A stretch of 64,000 nucleotides of DNA from Catajapyx aquilonaris (lineage: Eukaryota): the NCBI GenBank assembly GCA_000934665.2, contig KZ538093.1, positions 1-64,000 of the forward strand, read 5' to 3'. Below are positions 36,401-50,693 of the stretch, one piece after another. Under the pieces are notes generated by a model. It was given only the letters and a program-made list of their open reading frames with translations, did not search any database and was not told the origin of the DNA. Made by a program: the position numbers and the translations under genes. Positions within the stretch are counted from its first letter, which is position 1. The number at the start of each line of letters is the position of its first letter.

Positions 36401-39225
36401 CACAACTGGCTACATTAATTTTGAGAGTTGTACACACTGCATTCAATGAGAGTGAGAGAGAGGTAGGTGGGGGAGGTGGGCTAAGTAGCAAAGCTTGTAC
36501 AGCCTCAAGCCAAGGGGTTTCAGGACGGTAGGCCTATTCAATAATTAGGCGGAGGCTGTTTCAAGTGGTACATGTACTTCCTTCGTCTGGTAGTTGAATG
36601 GGCACAGTGTTGCAAATTTTCATTCAACATCAGGCAGGTGTATGAATATGAATGGTCCATTCTTCATTTCGGTACCGCCATGTACGTGATATGCAAGTGC
36701 AAAGCATTCACTTTTTAAATGGTACTATATTAATAGTAATGGTAGACCTACTCTACAAAAATTGTATTCGGAGCATGCAACTTGGAAGACCAACAAGTCG
36801 TGCAATTTTTTGTGCTTCATTGATCAAAGAGTCTAATCCTACTTGAATACATAATACTACCGCCCAATCAACACTACGCTAGAGGCAGTTTGTACTGCAA
36901 TTTACATATTACATTCACTGTAGCACATGATCAAAAGCGGGTTGGTCTGGCACATTGCGTTGGACTCTGAAAACACATTATTTATAATGTAATAATTCCA
37001 ATTCCGACAGGGAATTCGCACTTGAGCAGTGAATCATACCGCTGCATATTTATATCCTGTTGTACTGTACGAAGGCTTTATCTGGCTTTGCTGATGATCA
37101 TATGTTCACATGTATCAAATAACTACACTATATGGCCTATGTCGTCGAGACAGCTGAAATTTCTCAGTTAAAACCTCCGAAAAATGTTCCCGCAGACACG
37201 CCAAATTTCCAGCTTTTTTTTGCCCTATTACGCAAACTACCTGGATATTAGAGCTGATGAATATTCAACTTCTCAGTTACTATTACGTGACTCGATAGTG
37301 TTGCCGGATATGCAAGTGTGTCCGGCGCCTGAAAAACCCTCATCGAGGAAGTACTGTCCATTTGAGGCCACGTGAAAATAATAGAATGGGTACTCACTGC
37401 CTGAACCTGATTGTTTCGAGACTCAGAAACCATTCTTATCCACTACACATCATCTGACTCTCACTCGAGTGTGCAATGATCCATGCGAAGAGAAAACTAT
37501 TCGCCTACTGTGCAAAACTCTCATGTTGCAATATAATGCTACACCCACAGGATACTCATCCTACAATGCAGATATAAAATTCCTCTTTTATAGCTACTGA
37601 AGCATGATTCTGACTGGTTGGAAGCGGGCCATTTCATAACTTGCAAATACCGGTATTCCTAAATAACTTGCTTGGGCGCCCAGTCGTGCAATCACGTGAG
37701 CTACTGCGGCTATAGTTGTCTATTTAATCGTGTGCCGGGTAATAACTTTCACAAATTACTGTCATGCAACGCATACAGTGCCAGCCACCTAAAGGTGACA
37801 GCCAAGAGAAGGCAGTGTCATAAGGGTAATTAAGGGGTTGAATTGCTGGTAGGCACATCGGACATTTTTCAAGGTAGTGTTAAAATGAATTGCAGTAGCA
37901 CCCGGTCATAACATGTACATGGAGTTGAAAATTCATATGCAAAACAGCACACCGGTTAGGTACTTATTCAACTGATATGACCCGTGGCACTTTCCCTACA
38001 AAAAAAAGGCTCAAGATGTAATAATAAATTAGTCGCGCAGATATTGCATAATAATACTGCTGGGTTCAACATAAGGGGCAATGCCTTGTAAGTTATCCCA
38101 TTGTGGCTCACTTATTTCAGTACCGGTACCCATTATTATGCATCCATTATCAGACTCTACGTGTGTTTCCCAGATAGGATGAGCATAGCTCTTCCACTAT
38201 TTCCAGTTACAGTTACACCTGTTTGAACGCATTCCTCGCATCACTGCAACTAGAAATGCATCGGTATCAACAAAGCTATTGATTGTACCGGACATTAAAA
38301 AATGGTCAGTGGATAACACGTGGGATATATTAATTTAGTGTGACTTTTGTTTGCACGAAAGGAGATGAGGTGTCGCCTCAATTTTTATGCTCCACTGGTA
38401 GATTAAAGTATTTACCATGGTTCACGCCAAACGTTCCATGAAATTTTGTGCTCCATGCAGTTGTGTTCTTATGCAATTTGAAGAGCCGTTCAGACACCGT
38501 ATAACACGGTTGTAAACACAAGCACTTATGTCTTGAAAGGAGCACTTCAACGATACGAACTTTTCATACCTTTTGTTTGCAACACTCAAGTCCATCTGAA
38601 TTTCTACCAAAAAAAAAAACAGCGTGAAACTCACTGGTATGATGTAATTACGTTACCCTATGCAAGCGAGTATTATTCGTGCACCGTACTGACACTATAA
38701 ACTGGACTTTATCGCAACTCCCTGCCCAATGTTGGCATTACAATACGCGACTAATTACAGCGCCCGGCCATGGGAACACTTCAAAATTAACCAAGAGCAA
38801 TAGTCAATGTGCCCCAAAGGTACTCTAAAATTTCATCCCAGCACGGGCAATAAAGAAGTCCAGGCCATGACGAGCCTAATCTGGATTACGACCATTTCCT
38901 GTCCAAACTAGTCTGGCGCCATTTTGCATATATCCCAGCTCCCCCCCAATCACGAAACAACTTAAATAGCGCGGTACTTAAACCATCACTGCCGAAGACC
39001 CCTTACTCGAGGGCATTATCCTCCTATCATAACACTTATGTAAGAGGGAGGGCGATTCACCCCTCTACACTCGGCTGGTTTGATTACACCCCCCTAACTT
39101 GTCACTGAACCTTTTTTTTATATATACATATACGTATATCCAACATTTCCTTAAGCACCTAAGTGCAGGTAGCTAAGAACAGGTTTCTTCATCTGGAAAT
39201 CCCATGAAAATTTGTAAAAACGTAC

Positions 39226-39292
39226 CGGATTTGTCCTCTTTACGAGTCTTGCACAAGTTCCGGAATCCGGCTTTCAGTTCTCCAAACTTCAT
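39226..39292 (-). CDS. Candidate alternative first coding exon of TANC/rols (MKFGELKAGFRNLCKTRKEDKS|D)
   Basis: ATG at 39292 (gcgATG), 22 codons + 1 nt, donor G|gtacgt; phase 1 fits the RING exon acceptor (G+AT = Asp); lies in a GC/CpG-rich island (~39230-39620). Confidence 0.6.
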
Positions 39293-41176
39293 CGCCTTTC
39301 CCGAACTCACACTTGTCACCGCGCAGCCCGACCTAGACACGTCCGATCACAACGGCTTCACAGCCCACACTGGCCTGGCCGGGGCGAGCTTAGCCTTCCT
39401 CCGGTTCCTCGCCCCAAGCCATGCCCTACCTTCAAACCCACCCCCAACCTGTCCTCCCCAGCAGCATAGACGCCGACCCTTGTCCCTTCCCGTAGCTACT
39501 CCTCCTTCTTCAGAGAGAAAAAAAAGGCGCCAGGAGGGTGAGAGGGATACCCTCAACCTTCTGGAGGGACTCATTTTGGGAATCCGGTGCACGGGGGAAT
39601 AACAGGCCGGTGCAAGGGACACTTTGTTCCAAAAAAAAATATTCGGTCAAACAATGTTCGCAGATTTGTGGATGAAATTTTTTGGAAAATGTGGACGATA
39701 TGGTATAGTGGGCAAAAAATATTTATGTGAATACTCCACCCATATATGTAGCAGGGTGTTTGTTCGGGTGGGGTTGTTAGGCGATGCACGGATAATCCGC
39801 ACTCGGATAATCGGGAGTGCAGTGTAGATTTCGGAGGGGGGGGGGGGACTGCGTACGGCCATGATTATGTAGATAATTATGAATTCCCCTCCTTGATTTA
39901 CATTTGAAGACCTGTAATTGGCTCCTTTGTTTGAACCGTCAGGAGTAAATAACCCACTCCATATTCGTGTTATAACGCGTTAGTTCAACTGCTCAAAAAT
40001 GTAAGGTTAATTTAGCAGGCCAAAATGAAAACAAACCCCTTCAGCCATGGAATTTCGCAAATTGGCCCTCCTCACTCGGAATCAAGGCCATACATGAAAT
40101 ATCGTTATAATCTACAGAAATCTTCTGCAATCTATGACAATTCCTGGAAATCCGCTCGCCGGCTATCATGCTACTCCAACTCCACTCATGAACTAAAGAG
40201 GGCAGCATGGCATGTAATCCAGCTGGAAATTATATACTCTAAAAATATGCTCATATTAAACATTACCTAGCTGAGTGCACCCATTTTCAAGTGCGGTACA
40301 TTCCTAACCATTTGCTCAGCAATACTTATTGAAGCGTGATTTCACTTTTGAACACGCTAACCGTACCTCCGAGCGAGAAATAAAGATGAGGAATGATGGT
40401 CGGATCATTCCATATCTAATTGAGTAAGATTCTGATGGGAATAGCCGGCAATTACTGAATGCATGTGGGTAGTAGAGTGGATGAACCAGTCGAACGATTT
40501 GTCGCGGGAGTTGGCGTGAGAATTAAAACACTTGCAGGTTTAGTCCAACCACTTCAATTGGCAGCATTTTGAAAAATCCAACACAACCAGGTTTTATTCG
40601 ATAGAGAATGACGTGTGTTTTTTTTTAAAGAGACGCTGTTGAATATTACTGAGCCGAGTATTATTTTTGGGGGGGAAACCAGTTCCATTTCTTTATCACA
40701 CTTTAGGCTACAGTATAATACATACTTCTGCAAACAAAAATCCTTCGAGTTTTCTGTTGAAACTAGTTACAAAGGAACACTTTCCGCTTGCATGAACTTA
40801 GCCCCTGTATATACAGTATAGAAACATGCGACGCTTATTCAACAAAGAAGGTGCACGCAAACGTAACACTGTTCCATTATGTAAACAATTAACTATTCGG
40901 GCAGAGCGTCGGTGAAACTCGGGATTTTAGAGTGCTACATTTTGGGAATAAGTAAATTCATTTCCTGGTGAAAGTGCAAAATTATCACGTGCCAGAAAAC
41001 TCGATGTTACGCTGGATACAGCAGTGATTCTCACATTAGGATTAGGCTACAGCGCAGCGTTCTCTCCTGGCTATAATAGTTAAGGCGAGTGCAACTCATA
41101 GTTGCTCCTTTATTGTCTTACTGTCTATATTATATACTCGTATGAAAATAAATGTGATACCACACAACAACCAACT

Positions 41177-41425
41177 TGTTGCATAACTGACTATCGTATA
41201 AACAAGTCTTGATTATAAGCCAACATATTAATTGCTTCCTCTATAAGTTATCGGAAGTTATACATCAAAATGGCCTCAACCAATGCATGAAATCAGTTTC
41301 ACACGCAATCGATGCAACACCACCTACGTAAAGTTTCCACGTGGGCAAGAGCAATTATTGCCATTCACGGCAATAACCACCTGCTCCTTGTCTTCCAGTA
41401 GTCAGCATATCAATCACGCTAATGC
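41177..41425 (+). repeat. Dispersed direct repeat, copy B
   Basis: Collinear diverged match to 24363-24590. Confidence 0.8.
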
Positions 41426-41898
41426 CCTGATCATAGAACTGAAAGTTGCCTATATTAATTATCTTCTAGGCCATGCGCCCACATTCGTAGGTAACAAATC
41501 AGCGACTGCTATATACTGTAATGTATATAAGTAGAAATCGACAGAGACATAGCTATTGTAAGTAGTTTTGCTATAAGGTTTCCTTACAGATTCTGTGCAT
41601 GTTGCATGATGGATGCATCTTCATACACCTTGCAGTTTACGCAATGAATCTGGATAATTATTGCGTGACTTCATAAGCAGGAAGTGGTAATATACGCACG
41701 AAGTTGGCGTGCGCTCCTCTCGTTTCTTTTTTTTTCGTAAAGTTAGTTATCTTCAAGATCACTTGATTCTTGGGGAGGAATTTTACACGTAGGCCTACAG
41801 CATATGGTGCGGTAGAATATACCAATCTACCACAACATACAGCAGTTCCACATTATCTCTCCTCTAGGTGGATTTCGTGAGCCACAAAACCAATACAA

Positions 41899-42361
41899 CA
41901 GGCAGTCTCCGACTTACGCAGCTCCGACATATACATAAATTCTAATTTAAGTTTTAAAAAATCCGATATGCGCAAAAAATCTACGAAGAAAATGCCGGAA
42001 ATTGCGAGAAAACGATATCGGAGCATGGCAACTCGGCTGTCCTGGAATTTTGCATGAACTGTCCTGGAATGAGGGAATGTCCTGGAATCAGTGTCCTGGA
42101 ATGAGGGAATGAGACTCATTCCCTCACTCAGTTTACACGTGAGAGACGTTTGCGAGCAGCTTCTGGGCCTCGAGGAGAATCTATATTCCTGCTCGCAAAG
42201 GCCAATACAAAGGGCGGGATTCCAGTATCGAAGTATAATGTAAATAAAGAGTACTAAATATGCAAAAAATAAACAAGTTCCGTGTTAATTCGAAAACGTA
42301 AAATTCGACTCGCGAATTAATGTTGCGGAACGATCCACTTACGTAAGTCGGAGACTGGCTG
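41899..42361. mobile_element. Tigger/pogo-type (Tc1/mariner) MITE
   Basis: TIR caggcagtctccgacttacg / cgtaagtcggagactggctg|TA (1 mismatch; left flank AA); four internal gtcctggaat repeats. Confidence 0.75.
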
Positions 42362-45300
42362 TATATTTAACCATGTGTAGTGTCTGGAAATTTCCGAAAA
42401 AAATACGCATTATCCCATTCCATGAGCGAGTTACATGCAAGTCAATATTTTCAATCTGTGTTTATCAACATTTATTTGAAAACACGTAATGAAAATATTT
42501 TTCATGCGCTGAGTTTGCCCAAACACATCATTCATCCACCGAATGTGTTGTGTTTTCAAATATGAATGCTTACTGCAGTTGGCAGTTGACAATATGAATG
42601 AGGCCTATTCATTGCGACATGACATCACCATACAGGTAGCCAAATAGCAAATACAGACTTGCTTACTCCCCAGGAGGTAACTCGACCACCGAGTCATTTT
42701 TTATTATCTTATTTATGTTTACTGTAACACTATACCTTACACTTAATCTAACTTCCTCGTGCCTTACTCCTCAGGCAAGTCTCGAGAGTGTGAGTAACCA
42801 GGCATTAATGCAGAATATGAACCTCGGTATATATTTCGTAGCAGTACCGATCGCATTAAGGTTTCACTCCACGAAAGTGAATTTAGGCGGGCCTAATGTA
42901 GTTTCTGAATCCAAAATCTAAAACGAGATTATCCTTCGCCAGAAACAATGATAGGAAAGCTTGAGATGCTCTTGTGGAAACACTATCATTAGCACCGCGG
43001 CCCAGTACTTAAGGAAGCCCCATTTTTGTACCCCAAAATCTTACCCCAAAAGACCACCTAAAACTGGTGAAAGTAGTCCTTTTTCAGCAGCTACGTCCTT
43101 GATAAATGGGGCTTGTTCTTAGTGGGTACATACAGTGGGCTCTAAAACTGAGTGTTACACAATAATGTCTGCACGAGGGTTAAATCAGAAGTCATGGCCA
43201 ATGTTTTATTACTGCTGAAATACCCTTATAGAACTCGGGTGGGCTTGGTTGTCCAGTGCTATCAAGTAATGCTGACAAATGGCACTACAGCAACAACCTC
43301 ATTAGCAGCCCTATTAATAATAGACACCGCTTAGTGTGTGGCTATTCAAATAGCAAGACCCTCGGATTGGAATACTGCAGATATTGTACTGGATGGCCGT
43401 GGGTGGGCTTTTTGATGATTCGTGAAGCAATGTTTGTTTGGATCCATGTCTTGAAACATATTCTAACGGCTCATCTATAATCCTGCCTTTCACTCAGCCC
43501 ACGCTACAGACCACTCCATCCATTCACCACCATCTCGCAATTTATTCTGCCCACTCGTTTTAATGATTCCATAAAACCCAACGGTATATCAATTCCGAAA
43601 AGGTTAACTGAGCCATGTGTGTGTGTTTTTTTTAAACTTGTGGATACTGCAATTATTATTGATGATTTCTCCAGAAGCAGCAGGCCGCAAACCTTGAAAC
43701 GGCAGCAGTGTGTAGACGTCGAAAGTCGCGATAAAACACAGCAGTTGGACAAGAACAAGTTAAAAGAGAAAGACAAAAAAGGGACAACTCCAAGGTGAAA
43801 TTCCTCGACCGTCCTACATATCGCATTGTCTAAAATTGTAGCGCTTTAATTGACGCCAAGACGTAGCAGTTGGTGAAAAGAGACAATTGTACGGTACAGG
43901 ATTGAGGACAGGTATAGAGTATCACCTCAGTCGTTGATCACTCTTTCACTTTCTCAACATCCAGCGATTTTTCAAAGTAGGCTACTTACTATCCAGCTAT
44001 CCCATTTTTATAATTGGCCATTACGCATACCGGTTCGAGTGTTAATTATCCCCGATGTGCAAACACAATGATGGAAACGGGGTGTCCAGGTAAATACTGA
44101 AGATGCAAGAGGTGGACATAAAATATAGGAAAAAAGGTAGGTAGGGCAAGGAGCATACATGCTTCCCAACTGTGAGAGACTGGATTCTGAGTTTTTTGGG
44201 GGGACCCTGCTGGCTAGCTAATCGAGCAAAATGAAGGAAGCGCGTGTTGTGGGTGCCTCAAGTGCATCATCATCACCTGTCTGGTCCCCGCTACTTTTAT
44301 TCCCACTTTATCATCATTCTTGCCCATTTGCCAGGAATTTCCTCGCTTCTTCCTCTTCCCTGCTCTGTGGGGACTCTCACGCGCAAATCAACGTCAACTA
44401 TCTTCTGTCAACGGCTCCCCCACCTTCCATAACCACTATACAAAAGAAACTTATGTCTGATTTTCCTTCCTATGTAGAAAGTCAGGAAACACCAAGAAAA
44501 TCGGGTCAGAATCAGCTCCTTGTCACTCCTACCCCAGCCTTATGAGCTTACTTGCTCCCACCCTTAGGCGAACGTGCTCCGGAGCGACACCAGCGCCAAA
44601 TCGGAAATCATCTTAGGCCTAGAAAAATGCATTGTCGCTCTCTCAAGAACCCCCCCCCCCCCAGCTATAAGCGCGTCTAAGATGTTATGGAGCAATAATT
44701 CAGTTTTAAAGTATGGGCGCTAGCTCGTAGTTATGCGACAAAGAAACGAGAGGCTTAATTTACCTACCGGCCTAAAAGAAAGACGAGGAAAAAATTGAAA
44801 GTGGTCCCATAGCGCAGGAGGGATTTGGGCAAACTTTTCTAAAAGCAAATGGGATGAAACTTGGTTATTCGAAAGGAATGAAAAAAAAAGTGCGATGGTG
44901 GGTCGTCTGCGAGATCGTAACTTATGTAATTCGGTTTCGAAAGTCATTCCTCGAACCCTTTGATGTGTAGAGTTACCGTTTCTATTCATTCTGCTCCTTA
45001 ATCACGTTTAATTAACGCTGACTAACTTGAAATAGATTCCGATCTGAAACATCCCAAATGAAAGAGGAGTCCCTTTTTTTTAGTCGTCGCCCTTTGCATA
45101 TAGGTTGCACCTAATATGCAATTATCTGATAGCACTAATGCCTTTTAATTCAATTCCCAGATAGTAAAGGGAAAGGGCTGATTGGATTAGCCGCCTCTTG
45201 GTACATACAGCTATACTAGATTGCTTGATTATCGGAAGAAATCTGGGGCATTTGAAGGGTATATACTACACGGCGACAAATATTTCACTTCGTAGTTACA

Positions 45301-48300
45301 GCCTGCTATTTTATTTATGTGTACGCTTCTCTGTATCAAAACAAAAACAAATAAATTTGGGATCCGCTCTTGTACGCCATTCTACGCATATATGCTTGCA
45401 GAAATTCAAGCTCGTGGACCCGATTATTTTCATATTTATTTGAATACCCTATACTCAATGTCCCCTCAATGTACTCAATGTATTGCAGCTTTAGTCATCA
45501 AAACTGGTATACATTTCTTTACATAAAACGTTCAAAATATATATTCAGCGAGTGACAGTGCTCATTATACATTGCAGAACATTTACGGTCGCTCAGTCGT
45601 AGTCGATGGCCGTATACTTGAGGTATAGGCGTAATAAATGTAAAGAAAACAAAGACGTTCTCGCAGGATTTACACCGAGGGCGGTTAAGAGAGAGTCTGC
45701 ACGACCACATTGTATGTCAGAAAACAAAAGCGCGAAAGCCATTCGTAAATATTGCAGTTAACCGCGATCACCTTGTCACACACGATTATATTCATTACAG
45801 TCCGCTACCCACTCCCTCAACCCGAAATTCAACTATTCGCAAATAGTGTCACTTTTATAAGCTGGAAAAGTGAAATGTATTGTTCCGCACATCAGCTCAC
45901 GTTGTGTTGTGTATTACATCAGTGTTCAGCCTTTCAGTTTTGTGCAGATATTGCATAGTATTCACTGAATATAGTAGTCTCGTGCTTCGGGATGCATTTT
46001 ATGAACGAGATGGTTGCTCTTGGAGACAAGTCTCAAGATTCTTTTCTCCCTCCAGTTAATTAGTTCTGCATGCAGGTTCCACTCAGCAACATTCCTTTGC
46101 GGCGGAACATTTTCAGATTTCATTAGTATACTTGGCGCAGACTAAAATTTGCACAATTTTCTAAAGTTTGTGCATAATGGCCCCCTTTGCCCTGCAACAC
46201 TGGCCCAGGGAAAACTATCGTGCAGGACCCGTTTTGCAAGACAGTATTACCGGCTATCTGAAGTGCATCGTAAATAACAAAAAAAAAACAGCCCTCCCAA
46301 CAAAATGCAAATGTCTATATTCGGCCATTTGTCAGCATAAGTGCAAATAAGTAAGTGTCCAAAGCACATAAATGACAATGTACTGGCTTTAAATTGATTT
46401 GGCAGTTAAGTCTTAATTTGACCCTACACAATAGTAAGCGATTATTTTCCCCAGTCATTTGATCTGAGGACATTCACCATATAATCTGCCTCGTTAAAAA
46501 AAATCTCGGGTCATATTTCTTAACGTGCTGATACCTAGGGCCAAGGACAACTACCGCTTACGCTCTTGTTTGATGCCGGTAAAGTTACTGGACTTACGCA
46601 TCGACACGTAGCGAAAAGCAAAGCAACAAAGTGTGTCCAATTCACTCACTTCATATATCACCCAAGACAATCGTTACTCTTGACGTTCTTGACAAGACCG
46701 ATAATGAATGCTGGAGTACTTAATTGAAATCACGGTTGGGCGTGAGCGCTTCCATAAATAGATACCATTGCTTGTTATAGGCCCACTTCGCGGAACACTG
46801 TCCAATTTTGTACCTGTTCAACAGCGTAGACAGATTCGTCTGGATTCGTAATATTAGAAATATATTTCCTGCTTCATAATAATTGCGGCTGACAGGATAT
46901 CCACAGGGCCAACATTTTAATCACTGTGTCAGCAGCTAGGAGAAAAAAGGCTTATCATTTTGACGGCTTGATAAAAATGTCAAAATAATATCTGCAAACA
47001 ACGAGAGGCGCCTGCATCGAAGACGCCATGCAGGAAATGTGTATGCAGTTATCAAATCACGGGATATCGTCTCCGTCTACGTTATTTCGAAACAATATCG
47101 GCTCCTTAGTGTAAACTTGTCTGGACATGCACTACTTGTAGACTACTATCTGCTTCTGCACACACAAAATTAATTGCCTGATAAAGGTTCTATAAAAGGG
47201 CGCACTATCATGTTGTATTTGAACTTATAGTTTTTTTTTTGTATTTTACACAGCAACAATAATTGTGACAACAACAGATTTAATAACATGCACTTATGAA
47301 TATTTATACAGGATCAAGAGCTGTATGATCGCTAGCGGTATTCAGCAACGTCCACTTTAAAGAATTAAAGAGTAATTAGTAGGAAGTTGATTTTCTAACC
47401 CCATTGACACTTTCACTTGAAAAGAGTGAAGACTAATAATTAATTGGTAGGTATATCCAATCCTACAACCCTCTTTTTTCTCACGGATATATCGATGTTC
47501 CTGACGATATAAAAGTTTAGAAATTATCAGTTGTGAGATTTCATCACAGACAGATTAATTGTACGCCCATCTCTTTTGATAACTCGAAAATCTTGAAAAT
47601 CCGGTGAAGGCAAAAATTTCGAAACAAAAACACGTTCTCACGAATTTCAAAACGCAACTTCCATAAACAGACCTTGCGTAATATAGCTAATACGGCGTCT
47701 CAATGCTGTTGCAAAAATGCCAGTCGCCAGTTTGTGAATGAAACTCCAGGTCAGAAACACCCTGTCATTCACAACATTGGTATCGGGACGCAAGCAAGCT
47801 TCAAGGCAGAGGTCACCGCCAAGGCCTGATAACAAGGAAATCTCTCTTTCTTTTTTTGGAGTGTCTGCTTTTTGTGTCTCATGGGCATGTTGCACGCAAG
47901 AATTGCATGCTTTGTATTCAAGTGGTTTTTGCACAACTTACAGTATATCACTAGACAATAATCGCCCAAGCATTATACGCTCTGTTCAGGTACACTTATT
48001 ATAATTTGTACTCTAATTGTTTCTTTTTTATCAATAATAACTTGTGCATCACAAGCATACCCATGCATCTATACAAAAGTAGACAACATTATTGGAATGA
48101 AAGACAGTATTTATTAACCTCACTTTTCAATTCCCAACATTGCAACATTACAAGGTGAGACTCGAGTCATTATAACCAAGGACTGAAAATAACATGAGAG
48201 CTGTGATATGTACGAAAGTTGACATGTTTGTGTAACCAAAACACGAAATGTTTCCACTCTTATACGTATACTTTTTTGCCAGAGACCTCGTTCTTTCATA

Positions 48301-49650
48301 ACAAAAGCTTGTTCTCCTACGCACCAGCAACTTCTCATGCAAATTTAACGTCCGTCTAAAGTAGATAGGAAGAAAATGATCCCTCGCCACCATAAAAGTC
48401 ACCTAATTAGACCAGGGCATATTAAGGGATTAATTTTTTAATTTTTTAAAATTTCTGAGCGTGCCTAGGAATGTAATAGTTTGTGCTTGGTTTCCTCAGA
48501 CATGGCTTTTCAAACTATATACACCTCAGACGAACTATAATCCAAACTACTTGCCACTATCAGATTCTACAAAAATCGATGCATCCCATGATGCTCCTGG
48601 CTCCGAGCCTGTGACTGTATTACTGGATTACATATGCTAATGCAATAACTTTTCACGTCACATTAGCAAGTCACACTTTACGCCTATTTTTCCAAAAGGC
48701 AACATGTCAATGGCTACTCGCCAGCGACCCTAAAATTGTCAGCTATTTCCTGCTTAAAATGGTAATTGCAAAAGTCTCCTCTCACTCTCCCCCTTCCATA
48801 CCCAGCACCACAATAATAAAAAATGGATAGTGTCCCCCTTGGCGTTACGAACCCCCTAATCAAGTGACCCCAATTTTCTCTCCCACGAGTTATTATATAA
48901 TCAGCTTTGCGTCTAAACCCGAGGGGGGGGGGGGGGGCCCNGCTCTGAAAATGTTCAAGTAGAAGCCTACCCCATGGTGAATGAACCCAGAAATTTTAGC
49001 TGCCATAGAACCATAGACTCGTACCTTGCTCACAATTTTGTTTTTTGAAGATTGCGTGTGAAGGAGTAATTATTATGCCACTGAAAATGGAAGCCTCCAC
49101 CCTAAAGAAACTGCCGACTTGGCTAACTAACTATCGACCTTTTTGCACGTGTACCACCGACAAACGAGCTCCTAAGCAATAATTTCTAAAGAGAGGTTGA
49201 AATATCCTGTGAAGTCAGCAGCTAGATCAAAGAGAACATTTGCATCAAAGAGAAAAATTTTGTCAAAAAAATTTTTTTAAAGTCTCTAATGCAATAAACT
49301 TATGTTTCTGATGTAATCTACAAAATTTTTGAAGTATTGTGCGCTATTTCCCATGAAACGGAGGCGATTATCATCAGGGTTGAATCGTGACATGTGCTGA
49401 GGCTCAACACAAAAGCGTGTGAACGGTTGAATCACGTCATCACTAGATGAACAACGTGTCAAAAAAAAAACATGCCGACAGAAAATGAAGTCGGAAATTA
49501 TGTTTACACTTATTATTCGCTTTTTTCTTATGTGGCAGTCACGAATAATTACTTGAGAGGCTCTGGGAACAACCCAATCCCTTTTGGCGAGAGTGCATGC
49601 TTCAAAAATAAAGCATTTCACAACAGGAATATTCAAAAGGCCATTGTAAT

Positions 49651-49897
49651 TGAACCATGGAATCCGAAAACGGGCTAAGTCCATATGGATGCACAGAGAG
49701 AGGGGGGGTCAAAGGCACCGCTCCAATTCCTCACTCGTAGCTGGTATTAGATTCGTGACACCCTGTATTGACAAGTGCACCTAGCCCGAGTTTGATGGGG
49801 CTTCGATGCTCCGTTTGGCGTACAGTGAGGCTCAGAACAACAAGTGCTTAAGTGAATTTTCGAATGGACTTAGCCCGTTTTCAGATTCCATGGTTCA
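49651..49897. repeat. 34-bp inverted repeat pair, probable internal part of a DNA-transposon relic
   Basis: tgaaccatggaatccgaaaacgggctaagtccat (49651-49684) vs atggacttagcccgttttcagattccatggttca (49864-49897), 1 mismatch. Confidence 0.7.
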
Positions 49898-50693
49898 TAT
49901 TATGGGAGTGTATTCCGGGCATGACTTGACTAAATACGATCGCATCAAACTTGCTTCTTCTGTAGCATCGTGTAGGTCTATTCTCACGTCAGCAGAGTGA
50001 GTTCTGTCAACCAAACAACCACTTGACCCATCACAACAAATGTGAGTATATCAAAAGGGAAGCAGCTGTGAACATTGACGGTACCATTTCTCACCCACAG
50101 TTATCCACTTACAAAGCATGAAAGGGGTCAGTAGACGGCGGTTGATCATATGACACAAGAAGGATGTCATCCGATATAGTCAGGTGTATATTGACACAAG
50201 TGACAAACATTAATCGGTTGTCAACGCATCCGGGACTGAGCAGGTGACATTTCCACCCGAGATATTTGTCATCCTTCCAAAAATGGTCGCCCAGAAATTT
50301 GAGCACTTCCAACCATGATGACTTCTGGAAAGCGTGAAAGTTAGCGACACTATTCGAAAGTTGACACCTGAGTGGTCCACCCGGATTTCTAGATTCAGCG
50401 TAGGTGAACGATGGTGCTCGGGATTTCCCTGAGAAATGACATGTAGGCGACTGGGTGGTGGTCATTTTGAATCCCACCTGTCCCAAGTCACAATTTGGGT
50501 TTGGGCACTTCAAAAAAAATGCAGACTGTGTACCAACCAAGTCAAGGACCCTATGAGTGGGAAGCAGCACATGCTGAGGACGAGACGGGCAAAACACCAA
50601 AACCCGAATGAAATACGCCCACATCCACCCACACATTGCCAGACCCATGTGGGTTTTTACTTACTCTACACACTACAGGTTGCCTCACCTTAC

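Noticed and set aside
42039..42120. Repeated gtcctggaat units resembling a CRISPR-like array
   Set aside because: Short irregular repeats inside a MITE in eukaryotic DNA; no spacer structure or cas genes.
49226..49253. Tandem ATCAAAG (TCF/LEF-like) sites
   Set aside because: Part of a short local duplication; too short to call regulatory without data.
50109..50648. 179-aa minus-strand ORF
   Set aside because: No recognisable motif or exon structure; consistent with chance.
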